A DNA stretch of 64,000 nt from Eledone cirrhosa (Eukaryota), in assembly GCA_964016885.1 (NCBI GenBank), contig OZ024742.1:305660001-305724000 (forward strand), read 5' to 3'. Positions 58,501-64,000 of the stretch are shown here, piece after piece. Positions within the stretch are counted from its first letter, which is position 1, and each line of letters opens with the position of its first letter. A program made the position numbers and the translations under genes. Below the pieces are notes generated by a model. It was not told the origin of the DNA and made no database searches. It worked only from the letters and a program-made list of their open reading frames with translations.

Positions 58501-59279
58501 GGAGGATGTGTGTGAGTGCGTTTAGATTTTGGTTTAAACTTGCATATACGTTTCTAATATTTTTCCAGAAGTATGTACTGAGTACAGTTTCTACCACGTT
58601 TATATATATATATATACGCATAGGTTTGCATATACACGGGAGATAGACTAACACTGTGTTGCTAAACTTGGTATTTAGGAATTACCAGTGGTCCATACCA
58701 AGATTTTGACAGTCAATAAAACTCTCATGAATTGCGTTAACCACTTTGACAGGCTTTTTTTTTTGCCTCGATAGACCAGCAGAAACTGTACTGAACATAA
58801 TTATCTTCACCCCAATCTTTCACTCTACCGCCTACCTTTTAACACTACTTTTACACAATGCCGATGAAATAATATTCAATTTATCTGTTGCACCTGATTA
58901 ATTGTATTTAATATTACCTAGAAGCCTCTAGAAATAAGTAGTGAATCATTTTCCTTTGCCCCCCTCTCTCTCTCTCTCTTAAAATATATGAAATATACAT
59001 CATGAGAAAATCGGAGTAGCAACGCAGGATGTAGCAGCTGCATAGAAGAAATAATTGTACTCTGTATACTTGCTTCTCTTGATTTTGTTTCAAAATGCCC
59101 ACAACGGAAATAGATAAATATAAATTAGCCAGATGTAATATATATGCATGTATCACATAATCTTAAGATTAACTATAGGCAGAGTCGTAAGAACGTCGGA
59201 TAGAATGCTGTGCAGTATTTGTTCTAATTCTCTTCATTCTGAGTTGAAATCCCGGTGAGATCAACTTTTCCTCTCATCG

Positions 59280-59343
<64 letters not shown>

Positions 59344-59493
59344 CATTTTGAGTATATATTGGTTGTATACCAACACCTCAGTATGCAGATTGGAGCACTA
59401 GACGAAATGCGCAGGTTGGTTTGGTTACTCCGGAGTAATGTCAAATAAAATAAAATAAATAAGTCAGATGTTTAAAATTTAGCTTCGTTTATT

Positions 59494-59548
59494 ACTGCTA
59501 TATATATTTCGGTGACAGCCATCTTTGGCTGTGACCTCATCAGGCAGT
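59494..59548 (-). ncRNA. Hammerhead ribozyme, family A (CUGAUGA core)
   Basis: Reverse complement: ACTGC-CTGATGA-GGTCACAGCCA-aaga-TGGCTGTCACC-GAAA-TATATA-TA-GCAGT. Confidence 0.85.
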
Positions 59549-59742
59549 CCGAATTAGTGTGGTATAGGCAAGTACATATGTTGTTGAGATGTATAACCTT
59601 GTCAATACTCTGATATGCCCAGTTCCTGGTTGGGTTGTTATTTCACTGAGGAACTGGAATCATATGATTCCATTTCCTCAGAGTATTGACAAGGTTATAC
59701 ATCTCAACAACATATGTACTTGTCGCTACCACACTAATTCGG

Positions 59743-59797
59743 ACTGCCTGAAGAGGTCACAGCCAAAGATGGCTGTCACCGAAATATATATAGCAGT
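59743..59797 (+). ncRNA. Hammerhead ribozyme, family A (CUGAAGA core)
   Basis: ACTGC-CTGAAGA-GGTCACAGCCA-aaga-TGGCTGTCACC-GAAA-TATATA-TA-GCAGT. Confidence 0.85.
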
Positions 59798-60114
59798 AAT
59801 AAACGAAGCTAAATTTTAAACATTTGACTTATTTATTTTATTTTATTTTATATATATATATATATGACTAAATTGAAACTTCAAAATCATTATCTCTTTT
59901 TTTACATAGGAAATAAATTTCTACAATATTGAGTGTTCACTCGGTTAATATGCGAAATAATTCGGTATTTAAAACATATTCTGAGAGAACAAGATTAGAA
60001 GCAATAAATACCTCTATGTTCTGTTGGTGCAACCTATTTTGATAGATGGAAGAATTTTGAAAGTTGTTGGCTTTAAAATCACTGGCTGTAGGTTTGCGCC
60101 GCTAACTGTGCATT

Positions 60115-60712
60115 GTATCGTTATATAGATGTGTGATGTTACACTGCTCCAGAGTTGTATATTTTCATATCACCATATAGATGTGCTATTACTCGATTGA
60201 ATGGTTGCCTGTTTGATGTTGTATTGCCATATAGATGTGTGATATAACAATGCTCCATAGCTGTAACCAGTTCCATCGCTATATATGTCTGTGATATTAC
60301 ACAGCTGCATAACTGCCTGTGCGTTGTTGCATCGGCTCCATAGATGTCTTTGGGTATTTGTATCGTTATTTAGATGTGTGATATTGCACAGTTGAATAGC
60401 TGTCTATGTTTTGTTGCGTCGCCATATATGTGTGTATTATTATAAGGGTGGTGGATTGACAGTATCAGTAGAGGGTCGGACGCCATGCTTTGCAACATAG
60501 AGTTACGTCCTTTTACGGTCTGATTTCAAATCCTGCCGAGGTTAACTTTGCCTTTCACCCTTACGGGTGTCGATAAAATAAAGTACCAGTAATGCACTGG
60601 GATAATTGTTGGCCTTGTGCCCAAAATAGAAACAATTATTAGATGGTTGTCTCTGGGTAGTTATTTCACTGTATAGATGTGTCTTATAACACAACTGCAT
60701 ACCTGTCTGTCA
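60115..60712. repeat. Degenerate ~52-56 bp minisatellite interrupted by a SINE
   Basis: Recurrent ATATAGATGTGTGATATTACAC-like unit, about 8 copies. Confidence 0.7.
60446..60640 (+). mobile_element. SINE family 1
   Basis: Full-length unit. Confidence 0.88.
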
Positions 60713-62418
60713 CTTTTAAGCCTGTTGACAGCAGATATGACCAATCTATCTGCAATTACGTACAATTCTTCATAGACATGCACACTAATCATTGGTTGAA
60801 AAGAATTTACTTAAATTAATTTTCCAACGAATTAAATCAGTAAGCGCGAGTTTGCATCAGTCTCACGAAAGGAATATAGTTTTACCATTTTCATGAGTGG
60901 TTCACTATATACTAATTCACGCTCGAAGAGAAAAACTTCCAATAGATGTAAAGAACATGGTATACGATAAGGTGAACGTAGTTTTTAAAGTTTCAGTTAA
61001 TTCCATCCAGTGACTTATGTCCCTTTATCATACTTAGATCTCACTCTAGATTCTATTTTGCTTTTTGTTCTCCGGGGTTAGAAAAGCAAGCATCGGTAGC
61101 ATATCACCGTCTGTTTAAGCAGATATTACCTTTTCAATATATATCAGCCCTTATGGAATTATCATTTGTTATTCTTCTTATTATTATTATGTTCATGATG
61201 ATTTTGACTCTAACACAACAGGATTAATAACGATTTTTTTACATTGAAATGAAGCCAATTTTCATCGTTGGTCGTGTATAATTGATTAATTCTACCTCAA
61301 CCTTTATTTTTCTTATTCACTCAACACCGAGCTTATTTATGTCAAAAACGTTTCGTATGTGACCATCACTTCTTTATTTTCAGATATAGTGCATCTAGGA
61401 CTACTTTATCGAATGTCGCATTTATTTTTTAAAGAGAGTAAAATGCGATTTAAGAAAGATTTGGTTGCCATCTCTAGCAGGTCAAGTGACCACAAAGAGA
61501 CTCTCTCGTTATTTAGATGTTAGTATATTATGGAAATATAAAAAGCAAAACCAATCTTGGGGAGATTTTAAAATCCGAAACATAAAGGAACAAAGTACGT
61601 ACTTGACTATTTCAAATACGATGCAGCAAGTCATGCAGTCAAACAAATAGACATGCATTGTCATCTTTCTAGTCAACATCATTCCACAATCCAGCTTGCC
61701 ACACTCTAATACTAATAATACTGATACAAATACTAATTACTAACCGCCATAAACTGCACCAACGGCATTTAAACGACTCCGCCCACTAAATTACATATCT
61801 CTTTAAATATGACCACATCACACCACTCTACACCATTCACAGTCACACACATCTCACCATCGCCACCACTACCTAATCTTACCGATTTTATTTTAAATAT
61901 TTAATTTTAACTTGAATTTATTTATTTTATTTTTTCTTTGGTGAAAACGGAAAGAGAGTGGAAGGGAGAGAGCGGTAGGGGGTGGAATGGATTGAGAGAC
62001 TGAAAGAGTAATTCTGCGAAAGAAAGAAGTCTTTAGGACATATCTGTTAGATTTATTCACTTTATCAAAGACTTACTATAGTGAATAGTACACTTTTACC
62101 GCCCTCTCCTACAAATTTTGCACCGCTTAATATCTCGCCTAGCTTATATCCATTTTTGCTTTCCCCCTCCTTTGTCATTCTTCATTTTTACCATCTTCAC
62201 TTCGTTACTTCTTTCCCCCTTCTCCTTTTATCATTGTATGAAGGAATGGTAGACAAGTAAAGAGAGACTACGCATGCGTTGATCTGTATATCCACACATA
62301 CACACACCCACATACACACTTCCACTGCATCATAAAATTATAAATGTACTTTTATCGAGAAGTGTATTTATGAACGGATAACACACACACACACTCATAA
62401 ACTCACACACACACACAC

Positions 62419-62502
<84 letters not shown>

Positions 62503-63294
62503 TATACATGTATGTGTGTATATATAAATATACTATTTTATGTACATATTTGTATAAACTCATGAATTGCACATGTTATTATAAATACATATTCATTGTA
62601 CGTTAATAATGTATAATGAGTGTGTTCGCACTTGTTTCCATTTATGTTAATTTCTACTGATTTTCCGTATTCCAATGCATGTATGTATTTGCTTCAGTGT
62701 AGTTTGTATAAGATCTATAAACTACCATTTTAAAGTGATGCATTCGCATAATATAAACAAATGCTCGCACAGATACGCATGTATAGATTTCCACTAAACA
62801 CATAAGGTTTCTTTCGTCACAAATATAATAAAAGAGTTATTTATTTCATCGGCACAGTGAGAAGCTGCGTGGCTTAGCGCTTAGGTTGTCGAATTAACAC
62901 TCAGAAAGGTCCTAATTTCGATTATAGGAACGGGTGTCGTGTCGTGTCCTTGAACAAGACACTTTATTTTACTTTGCCCCAGTTAACTCAGATGGTTTTA
63001 TCGGTCTTTGCCTTTGCTTGGGACAATATCGTTGGCGTGAAAAAGTGAAACTGGCATGGATGTGCTTAGGCTCCCACATTGGAGGAGTGTGTTCCATGTG
63101 CAAACCCAGGGTCTGTAATGCCTGGAAGAATCACTTATGCATTGTATGGCTTAAACAACCTTAAAAGGGAATTTGAAATAGATATGTGCAATAATTGGTT
63201 GAGTTAAACATATTAGAGTATGGTTTTGTTCTAGCAATAACTTGTGATATTATTTTTGAGCCACTGGTCAGTTATGATCGGGTTAACAAATAAT

Positions 63295-63487
63295 TGTTTC
63301 TACGTTAGGCACAAGGCCAGCAATTACCCAGTGCATTACTGGTACTTTATTTTATCGACCCCGTAAGGATGAAAGGCAAAGTTAACCAAAGTTAACCGGG
63401 ATTTGAACTCAGAATGGCAAGGGCCGTAACTCTATACGTCAAAGCATGGCGTCCGACCCTCTCCCAACACTGCCAATCCACCGCCCT
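63295..63487 (-). mobile_element. SINE family 1 with ~18-bp target-site duplication
   Basis: ATCGGGTTAACAAATAAT at 63277-63294 and 63494-63511. Confidence 0.9.
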
Positions 63488-64000
63488 TAACAAATCGGGT
63501 TAACAAATAATGGAATGCAATCATGCCGTGATGATCTCGTCATAAAAGGCAATGCTTAAAATGGTAACAACTCCTCTTTCCACTTTTTCGCCATCTGGTC
63601 TCTTTCCTTCCTTGTTGCTGAGAGTTGGGGAACATGGATAATTGCACCATTGCTAAATAATACTATTTGTGTATGATTATCATCGGGAAACAGTGCTGTG
63701 GTTGAGTTCCGAATCCTCATCTGATCATTTTTAGGAAACCGTCTCTCTAGCTGCAGCTCATTTGCCTTCATCGAAAGGATGATGACATAGGCCACTTGAA
63801 AAGTGGTTAAGGAGTCTCATTTACCTCGGATTTTAAATCAGAGTGATCTTTCTTCTGTCAGTCAAGATGATCTTTGTATATATCCACGCATTCATATTTT
63901 TTGTTTTTTGGTTTCATCTTTTATCAGCGATGGCCCAACATTGTGACAGGTTGTACTGGGTCACATGTTACCAGAATCACTCGCGAGCAACTTGACATAT

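Larger units (their letters stand above)
59346..59849. mobile_element. Fold-back hammerhead element, family A copy 2
   Basis: Homologous to 19907-20397, with a longer spacer (~59613-59677). Confidence 0.9.

Noticed and set aside
63520-64000. Possible decayed LINE or 79-aa ORF on the - strand
   Set aside because: Only weak resemblance to RTE C-terminal motifs. No diagnostic motif.

Overview
AT-rich, microsatellite-saturated animal genomic DNA. The repeat repertoire suggests an octopod cephalopod, but that is an inference. Most ORFs in the supplied track are microsatellite artefacts. The only host-gene sequence I can support is two adjacent + strand exons of a NOL4/NOL4L-like gene (44249-44389 and 46167-46370), so much of the window is probably intronic. 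Mobile DNA includes a 5'-truncated RTE LINE, a 5'-truncated Penelope-like element (RT plus GIY-YIG), an R4/Dong-type RLE LINE end sitting in (CATA)n, other LINE remnants, more than 15 tRNA-derived SINEs, two Helitron-like non-autonomous copies and two Tc1/mariner MITEs. The most striking signal is a set of at least 7 sequence-unrelated families of short (0.1-0.55 kb), ORF-less fold-back elements embedded in (TA)n tracts. Most share the layout (TA)n / short inverted arm / spacer / long arm plus ~65-130 nt unique tail / (TA)n. They carry type-I hammerhead ribozyme motifs (complete, or the GAAA...UH half only), usually one per strand and often with a palindromic stem III as in Penelope-like elements. 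All alignments and folds were done by eye.
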